Positions 13,501-26,100 of a stretch of DNA of 64,000 nucleotides are shown piece by piece; within the stretch, counting starts at the first letter, position 1; each line of letters starts with the position of its first letter. The position numbers were made by a program, and so were the translations under genes. The notes beneath the pieces are model-generated. The model was not told the origin of the DNA and did not search any database. It saw only the letters and a program-made list of their open reading frames with translations. This DNA comes from Podarcis tiliguerta (lineage: Eukaryota): assembly GCA_965153285.1 (NCBI GenBank), contig OZ229122.1, one strand, 5' to 3'.

Positions 13501-16500
13501 CTGCAAGAATTGTGCAAAAAAGCAAGCTGTTAAGAGGCCAAAAACAGTCTAGAATCTGGTACCTAATATCCACATGTATGGAAAGCCCAAATTACGCAAC
13601 TGGAGTGAATTTCAAACATTTTACATGTGTGTCCCAGGGAACTCTATAATATAGCTCCACCTGTATCAGCTAAAACATCTTCCCTGCTTTAAAAATAGTG
13701 ATAAACAAACTCCATGTAGCTTGATTCAGAGTTGGCTTGCAAAGGAAGGAAAACAACTGGCATAAAAGGAAATTATTTTCAATGCATCTTCTTTCCTAGC
13801 TCCAGTACCAGCTCTAATAGTAAAAATAAAAATATGTAGCTCTAGTAGCAAAAGCATCTGATTTGAATTTAACCCTGAAACTCAGATGATGAGCATTTGT
13901 GCAGGGAGTGGGGATCAGAATACACTTGATACCAATCTCTGTGCTTGTCTCCAGGAGAATGTGTAGCTATATCATCAACGGTGATAGTTTTTTACTTCCC
14001 AATAAGGGGGAAAATCAGGAAAACAGAGGCAGGAAGGATGATTTAGCAAGCCAAGAAAGGTCCTTTGCTTATGCAGCAGGTCAGTCAGATTTGAGGCGTT
14101 TCCTGTTGCCTAGTCAGATAAACCTAGGGACTGTATAGCTTCGCTATTCTCATCACTTGGCAATCTCCCTGCATTGTGTTTTGTGGACCTGTAATACACC
14201 ATTCCCCACAGCTTTGCCTTTTTTAAAAAAATTGGGGGGGGGGGCATGTCTTCTGTCTGAGCTAATATTAGTGTCAAAGAATGGAAGGAACAGAAACCAC
14301 CATCAATGGTTGTGCGATTTGCTTGGATGTTCAGTGAAATGTTCGATTTCATTACACATACTTTTTGCACATGTGCAGAATCTCATTGTACATTCCTTGA
14401 TGGAGTGGAATGTCAGAAAAAATGTTTGAGTCATAATATATCTGAGCATTTTGAGATGTTCAAATTCATATTATGAACCAGCTAACTTAGAACTTTGGGA
14501 ACATTATGGCTTTTGTAATATTCCTAATAGGTGCCTGTCCTACCCTTCCCTCAAAAATACCGCAAGGGTCATATGCTTTGGCTTTATGCAGATTTCAGCT
14601 GATTTATCATTTTCGTGTTGAGAATGATACTCTTTGAAGACTCACTGCCACATTTCAAACTCTATTTTGTAACAGGCCAAACTATTTTTTTTTTAAAAAA
14701 ATGCATTCACATTTCACCATGTGCGTATTTATTTTTATTTTAAAAAATAAAATAGCTGCTGCTACTCCCACCCGCATCCTGATCTGGATCATAACCATAG
14801 CACAGTTGGGCTTTCAACCTCCCACCCACCCACCACCCACACTGCAGCTCCAACAAAACTGCCCCCAATGTTGAAATTTTCCTTGGAGGGGAACTCCTAG
14901 ATACCAAGAGCAACATCCCTTCCAGGGCAAATAGCTTCAGGGTGTGTGCAATTTATTTTGTGGCTGTTGTCAGAGTTGTGTTATTCAAAAGGAAATGATT
15001 AACCTCTCTTCTACTGCAAGAGGGTGAAGAAGGGGGGAAAGGAAAGGCAGGAGAGAGCATATTTCAGACCCATACAGTGGGAAATGAAACCCTGCCTGCA
15101 GCACCACAGAACAGAACTGCGCCTTTAACCCACCACAGAAGGAAAGGAACAGCTACGGAGCTCAAATTAACAAAGGGATCATATTCTGGCATCTGAAATG
15201 GCAATCCAACAAGACAATAGACTTACTCCCCCACTTCTACCATGTAGAACATGGCCCCTGAAGCCTGGATGCCAGATGTGTGCAGCTGCTTGTTTCTCTA
15301 TGCATCTCCTTCCTTGGATTAAGCTGGCCGAGGAGGACTTGCCAAGAAACTGAATGTCATTTGCATCCCATTTGTTTTTAAAAACAGCTGGTAAAATCAG
15401 GCCAAGCAGGACTTGTGAGGAGCATGAGAGAAGAACAGATGAAAGTCAAGCTCAGCAGAAGTAGCTTAGCAGAAGGGGAGTGGAGGATATAGTAGTGAAG
15501 GGAGTCAAAAACCCATATCATAAGTGAGAATGGGGGTGAATGGGGTGCTGCTTAATCTTAGCTATCTGATTTCCCATCAACAAAAAAACATCTGTAAGAG
15601 CCACAGAATCTGGACCCACCGGGAGCTGATAATATTACGCAAGTCACTCTTCTTCCACTCTCCCTTCTGTAACAGGAGGATAATGCTGGGATACCTTGCA
15701 AAGCTATTTTAAGGATTGCTGAAATAAGTTGTAAGGAGCACTCTGAACACTGGAAATGTAGCCTATAAATACCAAATACGTATATTGTTTTTCGGCTTTT
15801 TCTGGGAAAGTACACAGTTATTGCTTTTGAAAACTGTGTGCAGGTCAGGAAATTGGTGGAGACAAGCAGAACCTGCAAAGAAACTGCTAAAGTATCCCCA
15901 CCCCCTAAGAGAAGTACCAAACCAAGCTTTCTCCCAAAAACTGTTAGCTGTTAAGGGTTCAAGAAGGCCAATTCCCTCACTTCACCCCTGGCTTTCCAGC
16001 TGACAACTAAAATTGTATGACTCCTTGAAATCAACGAGCATACTTGGTCCACACTGGGCTGATCGCCAGGGGAGGGGGAACTTTATGTTCTATCATTGAC
16101 AAAGCTTACATACTTCTGCATACCTAGAAGTCTTCCAAGTATGTAGAAATAGCTGGCTAGCTTGAAGAAAGCAGGCAGCCCGAGCTGCCGTTATTCACAG
16201 TAACATTGAGCTTAAAAGACAAAGGCAGAAAATGTGCACATAGCAGTCTCCCTAGGCTTAGAGGAGAGGGCTGTACTACAGAGTTCCTGAGATAGGTCAC
16301 AGAGAATTCAGATTGTCATTAGTGCATTTCTCACTCTCGTTTTGAGTCATTCCATTTTAAACATGCTTCAATTCCAAGATAGATCAGGGGCCTAGAAGGG
16401 GTTGGAAAGGCCTGGCAAGTGACCTTGGTTCTAACTAACTGAAAACAGAACTTGGGTGGATTCAAGGCCCCCAGGCCAACCACATCGTGATGTCTCAGAA

Positions 16501-18469
16501 GTCCCACCCTTCAGTGCTGGGAACTAGTAGTCACATACAGTATCTAGGGGACGGGGGAAGTGGACATCCAGAGAGAGAAGCAATTTGCACACAAAGAACA
16601 TTGCCCTAAATCTTTTGGTTCACCTCAGTTGCTGCTATCATGAACAGGTAGAGGATTAAGTCCCAGTATCATTCCTTCTCGGGTAATCTGTTCAAAATGA
16701 AGGTGGGACACTGCTGGACTCCTCCGCTGCTATTTCTAGAAGCAACTGGGGTTTTTTTTAATTGTGAGGGGAAATCCTTGGCTGCTTCATCAAAATGGTC
16801 TGTTCTACCCAAAATCGACAAAAAAATGCTTTTTGTGGAGATGCTCAAAGTTACTCTGTTGTCCCCAACATGCTGCTCTTTAGTATCGCTGACAATCTAA
16901 GAGTCTGGATAAAGGTAGAGCTGGGGTGAAGACAACAGATTGGGGCTGGGTTAGACAAAGCACTAATTACAGTCCATATGAAGACCATCTGTGGCAACAA
17001 GGACAGCAAAGCACACATTCCTCTCCATCTTCATTGCATTGGCTCAGTATTGTCTAGTGGAGTCATTCCAAGCAATATGCGGTTTAATTAGTCCTAGGCT
17101 TCTATCCTGTACCCTTGACTGCTCTGTAAGCTATTGATATGTTTGCTTAGCATTTAGCAGACAGAATTTCCCACATCCACTCCAATCCGTAATCCCCTTT
17201 AATGACAATGCCCCTAGCCAAGCTGCCCTCAGTCTCGTCATTGTTCTTGCTTGGATGAATTTCTGTGGGTGTAAGCAGAGTTCATGGTCAAGATCCTTGC
17301 AACAGTCCAACAAACAATCTGTGCTTTGGAACCTTGATGTTTTTTGCTAGTTCTAGCTAACTGAGGGAGGCCAGCTGCGCCTATCTGACTGACCATTTAC
17401 ACCTCTTTGTGCAAAGTGTGGTTCCTGGTCCTCTTCACAAGGCTATATTACAATCACTCCTAAAAGAAGCCCTCCTTGGAGCTATGAAATTGTCTACTTG
17501 CCTGGGACATGCCTTTTAGAACAATGTTATGGAACAAGTGATGGTGGTTCAGCTCAGATTCTCTGGATTAGAATGGTTTTCTGAACCCATTTCAGGTGGT
17601 AGTTTTGCCCCAATGTGTAGCCTCTTGACTACATTGGCTCCCAAGCTGGTGCAGTCATGCACTGGCAGAAGCCAGCTCCCAATCCAGCAAATTCTTTTGC
17701 ATCCCGGCTCTGCTCCTTCCCCAAATGCTCTGTTTCAGCTGGTGGTAGCTTTTGCCTACTCTCCTGTCAGCAGCAGAACTGTTCCACTGGTGAAGACTAG
17801 AGGATCTGGGCAATATCATTTTAAACCTTGCCATTATTACCTATTTTTGTACTGTTAAAGGTATTTTACTGGTTTTATTGCCTCTTATTTCAATCTTCAA
17901 ATTTTCTCCAAGTAGTTCCGAATAAAACATAATATACAGAAGCTGCAGGAAATATTTTCTTTTTGTACATCTTGGGTTAAATCCTTTCCTTTTGGGTCCT
18001 AAGCGCCTTTCTCTGAAAACATCCAAGCCTGCTTCTGTTAAAAAATTAATTAAGAACTGCAAGCTATAAGGCAAGAAGTGGAAAGATAAAGAAGAAAAAG
18101 GTGTTCAAGGAAGGAGAGGAGGGTACGTGTGGAGTTCTCTAAAGGTTGTTAATTTGGTGCCCAAATAATCAGATTTGATTTTGTTGGTCCTCCTGTGTAT
18201 CATTTGTACTTCTGCTGCCAAATCTGCAATGCTACACACACTTATTTGGGAGAGTCCCAATGAACTAAGTGGGATTTACTTCCAAGTATATATGCATATA
18301 ACTGGGCTGCATGTCAGCAAGTGTAGGCAGTAACTAGAGATGAGCAAGCCATCAAGAGCCTAGAGACCAGAGGAATAAAATTGGAAGTCAAGACCAGAGT
18401 CAAGTCAGGCTTAGAGGACAAACCAGGATGCAGGAGTGAAGAGTAATATCAGCACTATATTTTTACCAC

Positions 18470-18800
18470 TAGATCTGCACTTGGTATAAATGTGATAATG
18501 CCTCAGTCAAGACCCACCATCTGGTAGATATAAGGTGTTGGAATGAATGGTGCCAACAATTATATGAATATACCTCATAACAGCTAGCCAAAACTGCACC
18601 ATGATCTTGACACATGGCTAGTGGATAACATTGCTGTGTGTGTTTCAATATGCACCAGCATCTTATGGTTTGCAACAACCCTCTTTGTTCTAGATACCAA
18701 AAGGTCTGGTAAGCTCCAACATAGCACATTTTTTTGGTATTCGCTCAGCCTGTCAGCTAATAGCCAATATCTGCACAATCCCTTCTGTTTTGTCTGGCTG
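18470..18800 (-). mobile_element. Highly decayed Gypsy/Ty3-type LTR-retrotransposon integrase remnant
   Basis: Across frames reads LLADRLSEY..LCWSLP, HIETH..STSHVS, DHGA, TPY..LTE; these resemble the integrase core segments VVDRLSKY / IVSDRG / TAYHPQTDGLTER; contains stops and frameshifts. Confidence 0.45.
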
Positions 18801-19243
18801 AGAAGTGTATTTTTGCTCTTTCTAAACTCTGTACTGCAGTTAACAAGTTAAATCAACAAGGAAACACTTTTGCACCTTGGAATTTCTTAGATTTTTCTGG
18901 ATCTCACTGCAAAAGCATACCACAATGGCCAGGAATATAATCAACTTCCAAAATGGACTGAGAGGGGATTACCAGTGGTTATTAAGGGGGGTCAGGGACA
19001 TAAAACAATCTCTCTTCTTGAACGCAAACCCAAAATATTAAGCAGTGGTGTGGTAAAGTAGTGTGTGTGTGTGTGTGGAGACACCGGAAGTTGTCTAATG
19101 AAGAATGGGAGCTGGCTACTTTACGTATGTTGTAGAGACAGGATGGCTATGTAATTGATCTTATTTGCAAATAGTACCAATACAGTCTCACCCTATATTC
19201 TACATTCACCCCCCTCAAATCACTTAGACACATATGCACTTAC

Positions 19244-19431
19244 CCTCGCCTTTGGGATAGTGATGGAGGCGGTTGGGTCTGTGGAACAAGCAGGCGCTTC
19301 CGGAACGGATCCATCATGGACTGTGGCATTCCAGGTCTCATTGGAGAAGGTGATCCATACAGAGGCCCTGATGGGGATCCCACTTGCAATCCTGCCATGG
19401 GCATCCGGCCACCAGGCAGAATCCCAGGGCG
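19244..19431 (-). CDS. SMARCD2: SMARCD2 exon 2
   Basis: RPGILPGGRMPMAGLQVGSPSGPLYGSPSPMRPGMPQSMMDPFRKRLLVPQTQPPPSLSQRR(G). Confidence 0.95.
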
Positions 19432-21422
19432 CTGGCAAGAGAAAACAAAAGACATTCTAGGAAACTAGGCACTGTACGCATCAGAGTTCATTGGCAGCAG
19501 CTTGGCTGAAGTCACTCTACTTCCCATAGCAGGGCAAAGTGCAACAGGCAGAGCCACATTAAAAACACAAACTGTTTTAATGGTATTCCAAAGAACTGCT
19601 TGGGAATGTAGATCACGGACAGAGAGGAAAGATAGGCACCTTAAAGAGAGTTCACAGAGTTCTTATGAAACTATAGCTCTTGAGCATCCACGGCAATTAA
19701 ACCAGCTTTAAGTTTGTAGTACAGACGAGTGTGAAGAGAAGAAATGACGGAAGAGTGCAAGAATGCTAAGTAACAGCTGTACTTACCTTTGCCACATTTA
19801 CTTTGTGCTATTAAAGAATGTACAGATGGCAAACATTTGAGGTAGGTATAGTTCTCACATCACCATGATATGCCAGGGGAAGCTGCACTTTCCAGCATTC
19901 ATCCTTCTGTGTATAGGAGGAGGTATAGGAACCCTCTCCTGAATTTAGCAGACCAGCCCAGCTGCTATGTGCTCAAAAGAATGACATGAAAGAGGAAGCA
20001 GACACTCTCCTAACCTCTAATCTAAGTTGGTGGCCTACATGGACAATGGAGCAAAAGTGGTTTTCTATTGGGAAGAACAACCTCAGCCCCCTCCCCCTGG
20101 CACATCTGGTGGCTTTCTGCTGCTGGTGGTACAGTTTTAAATATGAGAACATGAATAATCAATTGAGTCGTTAACCCACATTTAAGAATCTCAGATTAAC
20201 TTGTTTTGATCAGATAAAAACAAAATTTACGCCTAATGATGGATTAGTGGATGGTATGGAAAGGTGAGTGCAAGAGGCTACAGCCCTCTAGCTCCAGTTT
20301 CAGGTAGCACTTGGGGAGAAAAGTCTAAAATGCTTTACTATTCTTGAATGCACTCAGATGAACTTTCCTCCACAAACATTCACACCCTTAACACTTTCCA
20401 GTGTCCCAAGAACATTGCCACTGAACCAAAGCCAAACAAAAACTGCAGGCAAGACCCTCCCCTCTACCTAACAAGTGAGATTATTCCTCTTGCACAAGAG
20501 AGGTCCCTCTGCAGATTCTTTTACAGGTTTCCACTGCCTAGACATTCCCATAGAACCCCTGGAGATGCACATACTGTGGGTGTAGCACACTGGCTAAGAG
20601 CCTGAGCTGTGTACTAGGAAAACCCCAGTTCAAATCTCATTTCAAACCACAAAGTCAACAGTAGCCTGCCTGCAGTATGTGTGTAATACTGACCTACTCT
20701 GAATGGCTACTTTAAGAAATCCCAGGAACATGCACAAAGCACTTTCAACTTTCTATAGCACTTTATAAGTTACTATTGCAGAGACTTATTCCAAAGCTTT
20801 TTGAACTCACCTGAAACATTTGCACAATAGAAACTGCCAACCATACTAAGAGAGGATAACAATACAACCAGGATCTTTTGTATGTTACACAAGTCAAACA
20901 GCAGAATCACATCAGGTGTTTGTAACAAACTTGGGTCATTTGGCAAAACATTGTAATTCACCACCACAGATTTTGGCCAGCCTTGATCATCACCCATTGT
21001 TTCTTGCACCTAGTGAGGATCAGCTTTTTTACTTTCTGCTCTACCGAGGCACATGACCCTAAGTCTTCATTAAAACAAACCAAAGTCCCATAAGCCAACT
21101 AGCAATAGCTTCAGACCAAGGTATGCTGGTGGTAAACAAACCATAGCTTCCGGGTAGGGTTCACACATAACACTATGCTATGGTTTAGTCTAGCATTATA
21201 TGCAAATTAGGTCACTGTCTGCATGCTGTGCCCTGTCTAAGACTTTGTTGGCATCCATCTGTTTCAAGAGACAATGGAGTGCACCTTGGGGGTGAAGTCA
21301 AACTGTTGGAGAATGACAGTGCCTGCTACAGCTGCAGAGACTGGTAACTCATAATTGCTGCCTCCCGTGTTGTTTTTGCTGCATTGGCAGTACTGAAGCA
21401 ACCTCCCTGGGACAGCCTAGGC

Positions 21423-21558
21423 CAGGCATAGGCAAACTCGGCCCGCCACATGTTTTGGAACCACAACTCCCATCATCCCTAGCTAACAGGACCAGTGGTC
21501 TGGGATTATGGGAACTGTAGTCTCAAAACATCTGGAGGGCCGAGTTTGCCTATGCCTG
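21423..21558. mobile_element. hAT-type MITE nested in an older repeat
   Basis: Perfect TIR CAGGCATAGGCAAACTCGGCCC / GGGCCGAGTTTGCCTATGCCTG; 8-bp TSD gcctaggc / gccttggc. Confidence 0.85.
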
Positions 21559-22489
21559 GCCTTGGCAGTGTGTATGGAGGTCCTGGGCTGTCCAGATGAC
21601 AAGATACCATCCAACCGCCTTAGGGACTCCACTCCAGATTTGTTTGGGTTTACTCCTTAGTCTTCTTCTCCCGGAGATGTCCTGCAAGGCAGCAATCTAG
21701 GACTGCCAGGTGATTTAAGGAGCAGAAGCAAAAATGCTGGCACTTATAATTACATTTAGGTAAGTTTGCCTGTTGTCATCCACAACTTTAATGGCAGAGT
21801 CTCTGAGCCACTCTTTCCCACCAGTACCCCATGGAGCCATTTCTCCAAGGGCTAGGCCCAGGATCACCAGACAAAACTTGGCTCTTCCACACTTAATAGC
21901 TCTATGCAGAACTGCATAAAAAGGAGAAACTCTGCCAACTGTTGGGCTCATTATCAAGAGAAGCTACACTGCTCACATTTCTCCTGCCCTTGTAATTATT
22001 AAAGGCTTGTCTAGGACTGAATTCAGCAACCCGACATCTGGGGGCAACTGCTAATTTGATTGGAAAAGCACATGCTGGATCTGCCATGATTCACAGCTGC
22101 ACTTAGCTCAGGTTACCTATGCACAGGGCTTGTTTATTAAGTCCTTTGAGGGGCATTTGATTGTGTATGCGCACACATACACACCTGCCCTCTTGAGCCT
22201 GCTTCAGAAGGGATTGCACTCCCTTGCCCTGTGGGATCTGAAACAAGCGTCTGCTGCCAAGGAGCTAACGCAGCTGCCAAAGCCACCAAGCCAGCAGGGC
22301 AACATTTCATCCCTCCCCAGCAGGCCCAGGCAGAGCCTCCAGTCCACTGCCACTCCCAAACAGAACTCAGGCAAAGGGGGTTGGGCAGCACCATACAAGT
22401 CCAACAGTGAAAGGATTGCCCACAGCAGCGAATACTGGAGAAAAACATTCAAAGGGAACATTATGAGCACGAGAACAGGCAGGAGACAG

Positions 22490-23130
22490 TCATGCATAGA
22501 AAGGCTGCTGGAGGAAATGGGTATGCTCACTTATGGAAACAAAGATGAAAGGAGATATGTTGACTGTTTTCAAGCATCTGAAACGTTGTCAGGCAGGAGG
22601 GAGTCACAGTTAACTAAATCCCACCTCGGCCATGAATTTGTTCTGTGGGTCAGATTAAGCCACACAGTCTCAGCTTTGGCTCCCTTCCTCCTTTCTATCT
22701 ACAACAGGGGTATTGTAGACTCTACGAAAAGCGATGCTAATAATATTAGCCTACTTAACAAGGTTGTCATAAAAATTACGACGATAATGTATGTGAAACA
22801 TGCTACATAAATGCTGATTACTACCATCCACGGAAGATGCTACAAGTGGCAATGGCTGTAAAGCACCAAAAGGCAGATATAGGTTGCAACTGGAGATAAA
22901 CTTCCAAACTACAGGAGCACCAAGTCAGTAACGGAATAAGTTGCCCAGAGAGATTGTGGAATCACTTTCCTTGCAGATTTCCCAAATAGAAATTGCAGCA
23001 TGTATACAGGTCTATGAGTCTCTGGACTGTTTTTTTTGCTGTTACTACCAAAGATTTATAAAGCATGTTAATATGCTACGAACAACCAAGCATCTGTTAC
23101 CCCTCCAAGGACCCTTGAGGTTCAATTCTA
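22490..23130 (+). mobile_element. Decayed CR1 LINE 3' fragment interrupted by a MIR/core-SINE-like piece (about 22610-22815)
   Basis: ERLLEEMGMLTYGNKDERR resembles the CR1 ORF2 C-terminus (ERLKELGLFSLEKRRLRG); CR1-like sequence ttgcccagagagattgtggaatc resumes after the insert. Confidence 0.55.
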
Positions 23131-26100
23131 GCAAGCAGATTCATAAATAACCAGCATCCTCACAATTTCCCAGACTGCCCCTCTTAACAAGAGGCTCCTC
23201 CCTCAACACAATTATTTCTTCCCTCCTTTCTCTAATCAATTACTACATATTCTGGGCCAGTGTTGACTTTGGCTGAGGAAAAGGACGGCGTGCAGTTAAT
23301 CCCCAGCATTCTTCAAACAAATGGAGCAATATTCATTACTCCGCTGTTGCTTGGCTGTGCCATTTTATACGCAACATTCTCTCTTCACCCTCTCTTTTAT
23401 CAGCTACATCACTGCCCACATTCATATAGTTAAAGGCAACCGGACCCTTCAAAGTGGTCATTTACGATAGATGCCTTTTGTATCATCCACACGCTTTTAA
23501 AAAGCAACTTCTCCTATTTGCTACACAAGGGTCACGCTCTGTGAAATCCTGCTGAGATCCCATACCTCCACACCAACGAGAGAATTTCCTTGGGAAGACT
23601 TTGCAGATGGTTTTCTGTCACGAGCAGGAAAAAGCCTCTCCACATATTTCAATTTTAGGGGCACATGCAATAAATTTTAAGTGTGCGTCTAAACATGTAT
23701 ACTGTCAGTGTGATAAACATGTGTTTGCAAACATCTGCATCGGATAGGTAAGCTGAATGAATGTATAATGTGGCAAACTGTGCAGCGTGTGAAATGGCTC
23801 CAATTGCTATCACTTGGGGGAGGGGGAACCTTCCCAGGTCAAATGAAATTCTAGAAACAGTAAGAGAAAGGATGTGCCAGCGCATATGTACCTTTCCCAG
23901 CAATGTGTGACTTACTTGCTTGAACCATTTACAATGTATTTGTTTTCTCCTTGTAATATGGAATGTGAGAGTTGACACACAGCAAGATGTGTGTGGATGA
24001 TTCTGCCTTGTTCTGTGGAAGATGAATCTGATGGTCTCCTATAATTTTATGAACTTGAAATTATTCTGCACAGCTGCCTAGGTAGCTTAGATGTGGCTAT
24101 TATACGTACATAGGCAATTTATACATCTGTCTGCTTGTTATTGTTCAAAACCACAAACATCCACTGGGAAACAACGGTCTTAGTTACGTGTTCAGCTGCA
24201 GCCTGTTTTTTCTTACCCCCAAGAGGAACACTCAGTTCAGACAGGAGCAGGTCTCAATTGCCACCACATCTCCCCCAAGGAATTAAGACAACCATCTGCA
24301 GTTTTAAAGAGCTGCTACTTTCTTATACAAGTTTCTGATTACAGCAAATGCTTAGGACCATTTCCTTGGCTTAGAATGTGGTCCTTCCTGGCCACAGAAT
24401 CATAGGGCTGCAGGTGACCGTAAGTCACTCGTCCACTCCTCTCTGTGTAAAACTACACACACACACACAAATACCATCTCAAGCACAGAATCTGATATGA
24501 CAGCACAGCTACTGTGGAACTACAGTATTGAAAACACTGAACAGGGAAAAAGTGGGAAGAGATAGGATTTAAAAGGCACAGAAAGAAAACTACTGCCCCT
24601 GATTACTGAGGACAATCTCTATTTTCCGTACCCATCTCTCATACAGCGCTATCTTCATTTGTCTTTGGGAATGATGTTGAAGAAGCCTGTGAAAAAATTC
24701 TAGAGTGTCCTTACGGTTTCAGCCCCCTTCTCCCTCTAGTCTCTGGAACATGTAATCAATGATGGAAGAACAGGGAGTTTACTAGTGCACAAGACAGCTC
24801 TTCTTTTCATCTGCAAGTTGTTAGAAAGTGTGAAAGACACTGAACACAAACTTCACACAAAGTGGTTTATGCTGAAGTTTCCTTAGGAGGGGCATCCACA
24901 CAGCAATAACATGCCAGTCCCATGGTAGGCAAGTCTCAGTCCTTCTCCAACACAAAACCACAGCCAGAGATTCTGCTTGCCATCTGATAATTGCCATCTA
25001 ATCTAATTGCTACCCTGTGCATTTACTTAAGTAGCAACACGGGTGAGTCAGCATTCAGTTGCCATTAACGGTTTTCACAGGTTTAATGCAATCCAAAGTC
25101 ACAGCAGGAAGACCAAGGAAAGAAGGGAAAAGCGAGTAATAAAATACTTGACATTAAAAGGTTGGCCCACTAGACACTTGTGTATGGTATCAAACATTTG
25201 AGTCATATTTAAAACTCATCCAACGAAATGCATTTCCAAGATTCTGCTTACAGAACGGCATCTTGTGAATTTCAGCTGGGACTTAAAAAATATGTCTGGC
25301 CCTCATAATGAAAATATGCAAATACTCTCTGTTAAAGGCTTCAAGAAGCACCCATGCCTTCAGAAACGTTCCCTAATGCATGTACTAATTCATCTTCCCT
25401 ATCCCACGTAGTACATTTATTTCCTGCTCCATCCCTCTAGTCAGAGGCTTGCAAAGCACAACATAGCAGGTTCATCAGGCTGATACTTGCTGAAACTGCT
25501 GTACTTGGCTGCTTCTGCTTCCGGCTTCCTTGTTACAGAAGCATTACCACCTCCAAAGGAAGTGCAGGGACTTGAAGGCAGTTTCTTTCACTGCTAAAAA
25601 TCTACACCAGACTTTTGAAACTGTCTTCATTTGAAAGGCAAAGCTAGCACTCCTCATATGGGATGCACCCAATATTCACAAAGTGTGTACCTCCCATTGT
25701 CTGAAATTGATGCAACAACTAAGCCAATGTCCTCAAATTCTAACCACTAGGGATGCTTGTCTGCTGGTCTTTGTTAATACTTTCACAGCATGAAGAGACT
25801 GCTGAGAAGCCAGTTCCAGTTACAAAAGAATAGGGCTGGAAGGGATCAGCAGGCCATTAAGTCCAGTCCCTTACCCCAGTACCCCGTGCACAATAATTCA
25901 CATTATGATGGGATGCAAGCATAAAAGGAGACCACACAGCGTACTACAAAAAGCGCCATCTAAGCCGAATGCTAACTGCAGTGTCATAATACAGAAAAAT
26001 GCTTTTTTTGAGGAAAAGTTAAACCCAAATCTTAAATTCATTCAATACTCTCAAAAGAAAGTTATTGGGACATATCTAGGATTTTGCTTGGAGTTAAGCT

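Noticed and set aside
16624-16896. Possible cassette exon in SMARCD2 intron 2 (AG/GT-flanked, 273 bp)
   Set aside because: It hits a stop after 14 codons in the required phase and shows no homology. Such splice-like pairs are common by chance.
22130-22810. 226-aa ORF in SMARCD2 intron 1
   Set aside because: Chance read-through across CR1 and MIR-like remnants; non-ATG start.
23270-23660. Coding-looking stretch with an LRR-like peptide (NHLQSLPKEILSL) on the - strand
   Set aside because: Single short match, stops nearby in the frames examined, and no assignable family.
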